A stretch of 64,000 nucleotides of DNA from Tubulanus polymorphus. Lineage: Eukaryota; Animalia; Nemertea. The notes under the pieces were generated by a model. It searched no databases and was not told where the DNA came from. It was given only the letters and a program-made list of their open reading frames with translations. Position 1 is the stretch's first letter, and each line of letters opens with the position of its first letter. The position numbers and the translations under genes are program-made. Of the stretch, positions 1 through 10,962 are shown one piece after another. The stretch lies in the NCBI RefSeq assembly GCF_964204645.1, contig NC_134027.1:21538560-21602559 (forward strand), given 5' to 3'.

Positions 1-609
1 CTACATCCGTGGCATTGTCAATCTTTTGATAATGTTATCTCATCCCTGGTAACAATTGGTTCAATTTTTAGGATTCTGCCATTTCCGCCATCTGCCAGTA
101 TAGCATCATATTGAGGTCCGTATCGGAATGTTTGAATGAATACTTATATTTTACATCAGTGGTTATTATATCTATCGCACCATTGATCACAAAGCACATT
201 GCTCTTGCAGTGTGGATGAGCAAAGTTTCAGCATGCAAAGTCGTAAGTATCTGGTAGCAGCATCCCTTTAGACCGGTCCACCCACTAAGGCACTTTGAAT
301 TGACTCCTTCGGAAATCATACGACAAACATTATTGTCTGCATTATCTTCATTTGATACATTAACGTTACTATTGTTAGTTATTGAATATTCCTTTTCACA
401 AATAAAAGTCGTATGAGTTTCTTCGATTTGACACGGGAATCGAAGCCAATTTGCTGATCCTCGTAGATTATTCAATGTCATCGCAGTACACGGCATATTG
501 ATATCATTTATCGGTTGTTTACGAAGAGGAGGTATCAATCATCGAATAACTTCTGGTGTCGTCTCGTTACCAGAAGGTCTAAACCATCCCGTGTAGGTCA
601 ATGGTATTC

Positions 610-1305
610 CATCAGTCCACGTGTAGTAACCTTAATTGTGCGAAGTAGGCATGAAACACGTGACAACATTAAGAGCAGAGTATAGTTATGAATTCGAATA
701 TACATTTTTTACGTTCAATAAAAAATAAATTCAATACAAAGGGACTTTTTTAAGAACATATCTGTTAAATATCTGAGTTTATCAATGTATATGTTCATTA
801 GTGTATCATTGGTTGTAAATCTCATTGAATACTGACTACATCGTGTGACATGTACTTTCAAAACCATATTTAGAAGTCCCTGCCATCTCAATCCAATCAT
901 GATTATAAGCGCCGGTAATGAGTATGCCTTCAACATTAGTTCTGTCGCAAAAATCTTCATCAGTCCACGTGTAGTAATCTTAATTGTGCGAAGTAGGCAT
1001 GAAACACGTGACAACATTAAGAGCAAAGTATAGTTATGAATTCGAATATACATTTTTTACGTTCAATAAAAAATAAATTCAATACAAATGGACTTTTTTA
1101 AGAACATATCTGTTAAATATCTGAGTTTATCAATGTATATGTTCATTAGTGTATCATTGGTTGTAAATCTCATTGAATACTGACTACATCGTGTGACATG
1201 TACTTTCAAAACCATATTTAGAAGTCCCAGCAAACTCAATCCAATCATGATTATAAGCGCCGGTAATGAGTATGCCTTCAACATTAGTTCTGTCGCAAAA
1301 ATCTT
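610..1305. repeat. Tandem duplication, 2 x 348 bp
   Basis: atcagtccacgtgtagtaa... occurs at 611 and 959; the copies are near-identical, and the ORFs at 715 and 1063 share their C-terminal sequence. Confidence 0.95.
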
Positions 1306-1696
1306 TTTTACAGCCAGCATTTCATGTTCAGACCTAATGCTGAGTAGATGTCCTCCTTTCTGTCAAAAGTAAAATTCTGCATTCTCCCAATTCCGACGTC
1401 CATGCATGATGTAAATAATACAAGAAACCCCAGAATCTAGAAACTCTGCTCTACGGCCATTATTGCGATGTGTCTTTATAGGGGATTATTCTAATGTACA
1501 TGTATATAAAAATGTATGTAAAAAGCTTCTGTAATAATATCCAACTTAACACGCCGCCACAAGATTTTTAAAAATCTTACTCACCCAGGGGTAGTTGACT
1601 TGTATATCACCTTTGAATATAGACTTCACTTTAAATTCAATTTCACATCATTTTATTCTTAAAACACAGGTTTCATAGAAGAAAGATATAGTCTCA

Positions 1697-1802
1697 GGGG
1701 CCAGTTGCACAGTCGTGACTTAAGTCTAAAAGTGGTCTTAAATCTCAAGACTGGTCTTAAGTTGTTAGATTAAGTCTAAGCCATGACTGTGCAACTGGCC
1801 CC
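1697..1802. mobile_element. MITE, PIF/Harbinger-like family A (TIR GGGCCAGTTGCACAGTC), probably nested in another MITE (~1666-1923)
   Basis: Terminal inverted repeats ggggccagttgcacagtc...gactgtgcaactggcccc flanked by cag/ctg. Family copies at ~11312-11450 and 55180-55296. Confidence 0.8.
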
Positions 1803-1998
1803 TGGAAACATTTTGAAATTTGTCAGTTATAACCATGGTTTCTCATTGTTACTATGGTGGTCACCCAAAATTGAGGATTTACCCCTAGGGATAACTTTGA
1901 TACTCAGTCTATGAAACCGGGCCATAAGCATACTGGAGTTCCAGCCGTCATAGATACGAACAGATCAGCGTGATTTACTCTGAATTCTAACTGTATGA

Positions 1999-2253
1999 TA
2001 TCGTGGCTGATTCGGGCCATACTAAAAAAATTTTCTGTACGGCTAGAGCAACGATAAAATATATTTCACCAAAAACCAAAAGTTTTGAATTCTCGCGCGA
2101 GAAAACCAAACTTTTTGAATTCTCGAGCGAGAAAACAAAACTTTTTGAATTCTCGCGCGAGAAAACCAAAAAAGGGCCACCGTGAAAATTTTTTTTTATC
2201 GTTGCTCTAGCCGTAAAGAAAATTTTTTAGTATGGCCCGAATCAGCCACCATA
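1999..2253. mobile_element. Non-autonomous DNA transposon, IS3EU-like (TAYGG termini, 6-bp TSD)
   Basis: ~60-bp TIRs (tat(c/g)gtggctgattcgggccatactaaaaaa...). GTATGA is duplicated at 1993-1998 and 2254-2259. Three internal 30-bp tandem units. Confidence 0.75.
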
Positions 2254-4133
2254 GTATGAACGTCAAATTCATGGCAAACCCATCAGGGATGCCAATCCAT
2301 TCTACAAACAATTGACAACGTTCCAAACTCATTGCAAATTTGTATCCTGTCGGTGTTTTTAGTTTATCAATTATTAATTCGTATTTTCTGCAGTTGTGAA
2401 TCAACGCTCAAAACGGTATATGATATATACCCGACTACCCCGTGCACCATCGACAATAGTGCCAAATATCAACGATATCGAATCATTACGACGGATATCG
2501 TGCTTTCCATCACCGCATAATATTTTATTGGACTGACCGATGAGAAGGAAGTTTTCACTACAGAATATCGATGTCTCGATGTCGTAGTATAGTTTGATGT
2601 CGAACGTTCCCGGTAAAGAACTGTTGGTGAACCAACGACATTCAACACCGCGCGTTAGCGACGGATAATTTGGCGAAGCGATGTACCAGGCATGGAATCG
2701 ATTGGGTACCACCAAAAATACATTACGTATTTTTGGTACCACGTATTATCACATGTTGAACTGACAGTCACAGACACGGAGAGATCGGCGTGTATGATCA
2801 CCACTTTCAGGACGATCAGCGGTGTTATTTTTTTATCTTAAAATAGGGATTGTCCCTGTTATTTATTTGGTTGGTAAATTTTGTTTGATTTTTTGATTGA
2901 GTGTCCCTTACAGACCCACCACACCTGCCGAAGTGTAGTTGTATGACATCGACGGTGCAGCTCCGATGAGGATGGGTTTCTCCGTCAAGGGGTGCGCGAT
3001 CTTTACTTCACATCTGGTGCTGAGTTTGCCTAAAAGTAAAAGTTTTTACACGGAGAGCAGTTTTGTGATTCTAATATACAGTGCATGGTTAGGTCTGTGG
3101 GTGCGTCGCAATCGAAGGGACAGTACTATGCGCATTGATAGACCGTCAGTAAGAAAACGGCGCAGGCACGTGAATATTGAATAAATATTTGTACACTAAC
3201 GTATATATACAGTCTCGATCGGGTTTTATTTACAGTCACAATTATGTTTTTGGTAGTTTTTAATGAGACCGACGTCAAGAGGCAACTTTCCAGTCATCAT
3301 TGCGCGCAGATAGACTGATCGGCGGTGTTATTAGCAGCACTCTCAGCAGCAGTATATACACCATGGAGAACAACAGAAACGAAATAATTGCATGCGCAAA
3401 GGATCACGCATTTGTTGCCACTGCAATCATTTTCGAAATGTAAATCGACTCCACTTTACCGTGTTAATTTTTTATCTGTCTCGTCTGTTTTCCCTAAAGG
3501 CCTCCAATCGAATCATCGCCAATTAGACTATACATGCAGCGTAATTTAACTATCTGGCTTATTCGTGATGATGAAACTTTCGTTTCGAAAAATGTGTAAA
3601 TTATACCAGAATTTCAACCATTCACTCGAAAACAAATACTTTCAAACAGGGCGTAATTGTCTGGGGGTTAAGAATAAGCGTAGCGACCACGAACCACTCT
3701 ATACTGAGCAGAACAGAGTGACCCGCGTCAACTAACACAGAAAAATAGCGTGGCGAACGAGATGAAAATCCAACCAAAATTCCAGTATTCACTCGAAAAA
3801 AAAATTCCCAACACGGCGTAAATGTACGCAGTTCGCAGAGGATAAATAATAAACGTAGCTATCATGAACAAAACGTCGTTTATTGATGATAAGTAATTAT
3901 CAGATGTTTTGATAAGTAATTATCAGATTTAAAATGCTTTAGAACTACTAACGTGAATGCGAATGCCCAGTAGCAGTAACTTCGTCAGGTAAATGAGCTT
4001 CATCATTTACCTGACGAAGCTATTTATAGCGAATGAATTTATTAAACCTCTTCAAAGTACTTTGTCACACTTGCTGATGATTTCTACACCGGGTTAACGC
4101 GGACTACTTCAACTCAACCAAACTAGAATGACT

Positions 4134-5312
4134 CTAATGAAGAGAATGTTTTTGATAATTAGACCTACATACCGGACAGCTGTTAACGCTGCCTACATTC
4201 AATTCTTCGAACATATTCAAACATGTTTTATGAAATACGTGTGAACATGACAATAAAGTCACTTCTCTAACGCCAGGTTTGTAAGATTTCTTCGATGGTT
4301 CTGGTGGAGTTGCTTCCTCCTTCATTTCTGCCTCATCGTATCTGCCTAAGTTGGGATTTTGGTATAAACCCGTTTTAGACAACAGATTCAAACAAATAGG
4401 GCATTCCGAATCAGCCCTATCTTTAGCTGACGTTTCTATACATTTCCATTGTTCTTCCGTTATTTTAAAAGACGATTTCTCCCACTCATTAAACACTCGG
4501 TTACTAGATGCAACACTTTGATCAATCTCTGCTAAGAAATTATTAATATCGTTATCGAAAGAGTTTACCATTCTATCTACTATCGTTTCGAGTTTTCCTT
4601 CAAAATATATCCTCCTCAGCTTCGGGTTCTTCGGCGGATTTTTCTCCCTGTATTCTTTGAACCAAGCCCTAGCCCTGTATCCTCTCCAACACGCTTGTAT
4701 TCTCGTAGCGCAACTGTCGCGGTGATGTTTGGCGCCTTCGTGAATAACTCTGGTTTCATACTGTTGTCTTCTACACATAGGGCACGACTTCTTACCGGAA
4801 AATCTCTCGAAAGCTTTTAAACAAACCAAATGAAAAACATGCGAACACGATAGTAACACCTGCTGACCGGTTCCAAAATCATCCTTACAAATGATACACG
4901 GTTCTTTAGAATCGTCGCGATTATTCGACTTAAGTTTAGCTATTCGCCAATCTTCCTCCGATAGTAACGACGGAGGCGACTCTACTAATCCTAGTTTCTG
5001 TGCAAGCGTTTGCGCAGGGGGTGCTTTATCAAGTACATATTCCCGTGGTTCCTCCTCAATATGATTCGAGTTTTTCTGCCGGTGCTTCTTAAGTCCAGTA
5101 TCGACTACAGGTCGTCGTACCGGTACTGTTGGTTTCTTCTGTCGACTCTGCAATGAATGACTGCGTACCTGCTGAGCTGAATTGAGATTCAAAGCCATAT
5201 TCTTCATATAATGATCTTGAAGAGCGACTGCCGCCAAAGCAGTGCTGTACCGGTGATCATTTTGTTTTCCAGCTTGTCTGTTTCGAGTAGACATTCGGCT
5301 TCTTTGCTCCAT
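4134..5312 (-). CDS. RNF32: RING finger protein 32 (RING-IQ-RING), single coding exon
   Basis: 392-aa ORF with TLAQKLGLVE, RING CIICKDDF..LLSCSHVFH..C..CPMCR, IQ motif IQACWRGYRAR and a second RING CPICL..LSCSHVFH..C..CPVCR. Confidence 0.93.
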   Translation of the reverse strand: MEQRSRMSTRNRQAGKQNDHRYSTALAAVALQDHYMKNMALNLNSAQQVRSHSLQSRQKKPTVPVRRPVVDTGLKKHRQKNSNHIEEEPREYVLDKAPPAQTLAQKLGLVESPPSLLSEEDWRIAKLKSNNRDDSKEPCIICKDDFGTGQQVLLSCSHVFHLVCLKAFERFSGKKSCPMCRRQQYETRVIHEGAKHHRDSCATRIQACWRGYRARAWFKEYREKNPPKNPKLRRIYFEGKLETIVDRMVNSFDNDINNFLAEIDQSVASSNRVFNEWEKSSFKITEEQWKCIETSAKDRADSECPICLNLLSKTGLYQNPNLGRYDEAEMKEEATPPEPSKKSYKPGVREVTLLSCSHVFHKTCLNMFEELNVGSVNSCPVCRSNYQKHSLH

Positions 5313-7108
5313 ATACGCAAGTGATTATTTCTTGTTATAATAAGAACCGCCACAAGGTCTCCTGTGCCTAGTAACCGCAATATTGTTTATTCGTAACTAA
5401 CTGTGATGAAAGGCAAATGGGATATTAAGTGCCGCATTGAGCTGTTCTCGACTCTGTGCGCGTTGTGTCGAAGTACTACCTATTGCGCCTTTATAAAACG
5501 CATTAGAGTCGGCTATTGAAGCTTACGACAAAGTGAAAATACTTGAACGCAAATACTATCAGGACAAACCCTGACGAGCAGCCTAGTCACGGACAAAATA
5601 TAGTCGCTCTCGTGACTTTGTGAATTTGGAATAAAAGGCTTTTTATTTTTCCCTTTTTAAAGGGCAAAACTCAGAGAAAACCTAGTGCCAGACACTCACT
5701 TTCCGAAAAGAGACTAAGGGCTGATGAGAAACAAGGGTATTTATTTGCGTGGCCTAAGAATAACATAGGCCTATATCAAGATAGAAATATGATAGATAAA
5801 AAAACCAGCTCTCGGTAATACGGAGCGCCGAAAGAGAGCACTAACGTAATTTGGACTAAGGGTTTACGTAGTCAGTAACCTGTCTGTGGTTTAGTTTCAC
5901 AATCGGATATTTTCACAAACCACAGTTGGTATAAGCCCATCCGATTATAAAAAGCTTACCACCAACGATTAGGTAACTAACTAGGGTTTACGATGACGAT
6001 TCTTGTTCGTTCGGTGTGAAAGGAAGAAAACCACCCAAATATTGTCTGGGAAAAAGAAATGAATACATTGAATTTATCTTTTTATGAATGAAAAACTTTG
6101 AAAAGGAAAATGGTATGCCTAAGTACAATGGTCCCAGTTTCACAAAAAGAATCTCTTAAAATTCATTCTTTAAGTATCCCATGGCATAGCAAATGTCCCT
6201 ATCATTATCTAAATTTTATGAATCGATCTTCATTGCAATATCACGGCTAATTCCCAACATTATCAACCAAGATTACACTTATGGTAAAGTGGTGCCCGGG
6301 ATGAAACCTTAGAGATAGATCGATACCAAACGGCAAAACTAATATGATCAAGGCCGCGAAGTACGGCCTCCATTTCAATCGAATCATCGCCAATCATTCC
6401 AATTAGACTATCCATGTCATACCAAAAACCAACCATTATGCTATGCCGATTACATGTTTAAGAACTCAAATAATTGAAATAATAGAATTGACATTTGAAT
6501 GGATTGAATTGACCCATGATCAAGAAAATCAAGGTTGACATGGTACATTCTTCCATACAAATTCAATTTTATTTTATTTTTATCGAAATTGTTGGTGGTG
6601 TGACTAAAAAGAAGTTATACTTTGTGTTAAAGCAAATGAACTGACCAGCTACATGTAAGTATCATTGATAAGATACCGATACCGATATCTTAACAAGGTT
6701 AATAATGCAAATTCTAGGATTTTAATCCAAGTCTTGGTCAGTAAATGTGGATATCAACAATTCAAATTCCAATTTAAATCCATATTTATTTGATTTCTTG
6801 TAGGTTTTTTTGTAAATTTAGGTTCAATAACCAAAGGCGTTTTTATTTAAGCAACTCGAATCAACACGGATCGAATTGTCCATTTATTTAATAAGCAACA
6901 CGCCTCTACAACGATTTGCCTACAACGACTACGTCCATTTATTTGACCAAATCGCCAACCCGAGTCACCCGAGTACCCAATGCGACCAAATCGCTCATCG
7001 AAGCGCTTTGATTCAATTTGACAGTGGAGCGTTCGGGAATAGATCAAAAACAAAATGGCGGCTTTTTCAATCGCAGAAAATTCAGGTTCCGGTTGTGGAG
7101 AGTAGGCC

Positions 7109-7863
7109 TAAAGTCTATTTATTTTTGATTGTCCACGATCTTTTTGGGATATTATGCTTAATTTTGGGTGTGCATACCTCAAATAGGCTAGGTCTTAATC
7201 GAATCAGTAGAGTTGTGCAGTCCAGAAAAATCATCGTTTTTATATCCATTTTGTACCTAGTGGAAGGATTGATGAATATTCTCGAAAGTTGAGCTTTAAA
7301 TCGGCGAGAAAGACCGCCATTTGGTTCCAGTTTGTTTACTTCTTTATGCAAATGAGCAGTGTGTACCATGTGATCTGGGTAAGTTTATTTTTTATGGGGA
7401 GAGTACGTTGCTCGCACGTGTTTCACTACGTGGGTATGGCCGTAATGGTTGTGCTATCATAGGCCTAAATCATTGCAAACCACATTGTTTTGATACCTTT
7501 GACAAAGCCATCTTTATTCACTAAGACGGCTTTCTAGACTAATATTGTGAGTCGTTGATTGGTCTCTTGGCGACAAGAAGCTGCTACATCCCCCATGATA
7601 TAATTGACGCATCCTCGCCTCATTGCGCATATGTGCAATGCCTCATTTGCATAAAGAAATACGCAAAAAGGAACAAAATGGCGGTCTTTCTCGCTGATTT
7701 AAACCTCAATTTTCGAGAATATTCATCAATCCTTCTAAACAGTGTAAAATGGATATAAAAACAATGATTTATCTGGACTGCACAACTCTACTGATTCGAT
7801 TAAGACCTATTTAAGCGAAATATCCCAAAAAGATCGTGGACAATCAAAAATAAATAGACTTTA
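7109..7863. mobile_element. Foldback/MITE with ~200-bp inverted arms
   Basis: 7109-7327 is the reverse complement of ~7670-7863 (aaagtctatttatttttgattgtccacgatc / gatcgtggacaatcaaaaataaatagacttt). Confidence 0.8.
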
Positions 7864-8026
7864 GTGTCATTTATTTAAGGCGATTCGATTTGTACCACGT
7901 GACAGTAATCGATGGTGCAAAGCGATTTTATATGAGTTGCTTAAATAAAAACGCCTCAAGCGTTATAACAAAATTGCGGTTTTTTCAACTGCAGAAACGG
8001 GCTGAAGTTCAAAAGGGTTACGCAAT

Positions 8027-8493
8027 GGATAATTTACCGTATACGGGTATTTATTTCTGCTATTTTACCGTACATCATCGCTGATTGGCTGATTTACGCC
8101 GCGCATGCGCACAGAGGTGCGCGACTTAGAAAACTCAAGGAAAGTGTGGAGAACAGAGTTAGAGAAAATAGAGCGGATAGAGTGAGACTCGAACCCGGGC
8201 CAGTAAATTACTAGCGCAGCGTCATACCACCAGACCACCGAGCTCGCTGAAACCCAACCGAATGTTTTAACTATCTATAGTACCTCACCTTACCCTAATC
8301 CTATCCCTAGGGGTAAAACGGAACCCTCTGGACCCTCACGACACTAACCCTATCGAAACCCTAATCCTCTTAACCCAATATAATAAATTTATTGTTACTT
8401 TTATTAGTTAATACTTTATAATTATATAGACCTAGTAATAATGTACGGTAAAATAGCAGCAGTAAATACTTTGCCATATACGGTTAAATATCT
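8027..8493. mobile_element. TIR element carrying a tRNA-like (A/B box) segment and degenerate CCCTAA-like repeats
   Basis: Inverted ends ctgctattttaccgtacat / atgtacggtaaaatagcag. Minus strand 8181-8245 has TGGTCTGGTGG and GGTTCGAGTC. accctaatcc/ctaaccc motifs lie at 8290-8375. Confidence 0.55.
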
Positions 8494-8788
8494 ACTTCGA
8501 AAGGGTTGTGGTGTCTTAATAGCAGTGGGGACTGTTTTTTGGGGGGTCCAATCCGAGTATTATAACGCTACTCAAAAAATTTGCTAATTTTTGTATGGGA
8601 AGTTACATAATTATAAAAAATGCACTCCTACATGTGATAAATACCATCTGGCTTAACCATACTCTACTGTTTGTAGTTAGTTAACCCTTAACTTGCCCTA
8701 ACCCTGACTGCAGTCCCAGTTTGCTTTTTGTGTCTCACGCGCCGTAGTGTGCGTTGAGCCGTAGTTCCAACTGGTGTACTTGAGAATT

Positions 8789-8940
8789 CAAACACGAAAG
8801 TAATTTCACACTTTAACCACAAAAACGCCCCGTAAATGTGATATTTTGACAAAGATTCAAAACACCAAACACGAAAGTAATTTCACACTTTTACGACAAA
8901 AACGCCCCGTAAATGTAATATTTTGACAAAGATTCGAGAC
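8789..8940. repeat. Tandem duplication, 2 x ~77 bp
   Basis: caaacacgaaagtaatttcacacttt...gacaaagattc is repeated. Confidence 0.9.
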
Positions 8941-9469
8941 ATTTAGACAGTAATAAGAAGCATAATACAGGCCGATGGATATAGTAATCTATGGTGTCTA
9001 TTAATGAATATTGCACGGGACCCCAAAATCGGAGGTTTAATTGTTCAGTCTCATTCCATGACAGTTAAGACTACTGCTTTGTCAAGTTTCAATGCCCTTG
9101 ATATCCAATAGTTTGGAAGTTATGAGGATTTAATGCATTAATTCATTAACCCTTTCAGTGCTGACCAATTAAAACCCTATAGTGCTGGAGATAATTTGAA
9201 ATTTGTTAAAAATTCCACCCTAGTGTGTTGAATAACGGGAATACCACTTTATAGTGTCTAGACCACGGCGCGGTGTATCGTTATTTGCTAATATTTCACT
9301 GTGTTTGTCAGGTGCTGCCATTTTTTAAGAGAGATAATTACTAATTACATCAATACACTGCAATGCGGTGTACTAGCAAAATCCATCACTGATTTATACA
9401 CTGCACTGCGTGTAGACATGCAAATCATCTGGCACACACAGCTAACCTAATTTCTTTCTTGTTTTTAGT

Positions 9470-10962
9470 ATGAGCGAAAAGCAAGGTCAAAAGCGTAAAA
9501 AGTCGTACTACGTCGACAACAAAAAATCCAACTGGAAATCTCAAAGCCAGTTGTGTCCGAAACAGAAAGGGTTTTTATTGACTTGCAACAACATGCAAGA
9601 CAAACAGTGTAAAGCAGAAGCCTACCGGATCCTAAATGAATATGCTGATATTTTATACGGGCCAGAAAAGGTATTTGTATTAGCGTTGAAGGTTGAAGTT
9701 GCAAATTTTCTGGAGTTGAGTTAGACTAGAGTATACTGTCTTGACTACCCCTCTAATATGTCGAAATTCTCTCAAACTTCGACAAACTTCTTGTTAGACG
9801 ACAATTTCTGATGTCAATTACTCTCATCTGATGATTTACTCAATTTACTCTCATCTGTAAAGTACCAATGATACTTAATTGGCAAGTGGGCATGGAGTCC
9901 AGTAACCATAGTTTAAAGTTGTGCTACCCTCTGCAGTTGTCCCTTCTGTATCAACTTGCTGCTAACCATTCATTGTATTGTTCATCCTCACAATTATTTT
10001 GTTAAAAAGCGACTTAAGTCACAAATTCACTCCCTAAGTATGTGACTTATGCAAAGTTGACTGTTATTAACTTAACATCAAACTTATCGCCAATTTGGCA
10101 CCAAATAACTGACAGGAAATTCAGCAAAATAATAACTTAGACCTCACTTCACCTTTAACGGCTATTCATGTATTCATAAAATGAGTTGATCTATTTTCAG
10201 TCTGTCAACGATGGGGAAACAGAAGATAAAAATGACGACGACAACGACGATTTAGATGCGGCTCTTCAGCGAGAAATCAAGCGAGCGAAAACGAGCAAAC
10301 AACGTTTTCAAGCGTTGAACTGCGGCGCGAAAAACTGCGTGTTCATCAAAACCGATTTGCCGCGGCCGGACGAACTGGCGACGAAAATATTTGCGGACGT
10401 TTTGTCGAAGCGCGAGGCGAAATCTCGGTTCATCCAGCGATTTCTGCCAATAACGCACGTGTGTAAGATACACGACGAAGACATCGCGAAATGCGCCGTC
10501 GAAATGGTCGGCGAGTTCAAGGCCGCGAATCGTCGGGACGCGGATGAAACGTTCGAATATTGCGTAATGTTTCGACAGAGATGTAACGGAAATGTCGCGC
10601 GTACGACATTCTACCAACACATCGAAGACGCGTTGAACGCGAACGGCGTTAATTTTCTCGTGAAGTTCGAAAAACCGAAGTTCGTCGTCATAATCGAGGT
10701 TATCAAAACGATCTGTTGCATGTCGATAGTCGAGGATTATTTCGAGTTCAATAAGTACAATATCGCCGGATTGATTAAACCCGACGAGCAACCGCGGCGA
10801 AATGAGAAACAGGAGGGACAACGAAACGAGGGGGAAAACGAGGAAGGCCGACAACGGATCGATGGAGAAAGCAAAGGAGGAGAAATAGACGAAAATGAAG
10901 AAGTAAAGAGTAATAACGTAAATGGAACTGACAACGATGAATCAGTTTCGGATATCGTTTGA
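9470..10962 (+). CDS. THUMPD1: THUMP domain-containing protein 1; exons 9470-9670 and 10201-10962
   Basis: GFLLTCNN..CKAEAYRILNEYADILYGPE and RFQALNCGAKNCVFIK..KSRFIQRFLPI..VIIEVIKTICCMSIVEDYFEFNKYN; GT-AG phase-0 intron. Confidence 0.92.

Larger units (their letters stand above)
1..2830 (-). pseudogene. Decayed gene for an extracellular CUB + C-type lectin domain protein (runs off left edge)
   Basis: CUB motifs YIASPNYPS..VECRW (ORF 2401-2742) and SVRIYDGWNSS (~1930-1965). CTL motifs WENAEFYF*QKGGHLLSIRSEHE (~1320-1390), YTWTDGIPLTYTGW (~587-628) and CTAM..ANWLRFPC. Disrupted by in-frame stops, frameshifts, two MITE insertions and a 348-bp tandem duplication. Confidence 0.65.

Noticed and set aside
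5570-5740. CTGACGA / CTGATGA hammerhead cores upstream of RNF32
   Set aside because: No properly placed helix II plus GAAA; the second motif lies in a dispersed repeat also seen inverted near 43500-43740.
8181-8245. Functional tRNA gene
   Set aside because: A and B boxes are present but the anticodon and acceptor stems do not pair; it is embedded in a repeat.
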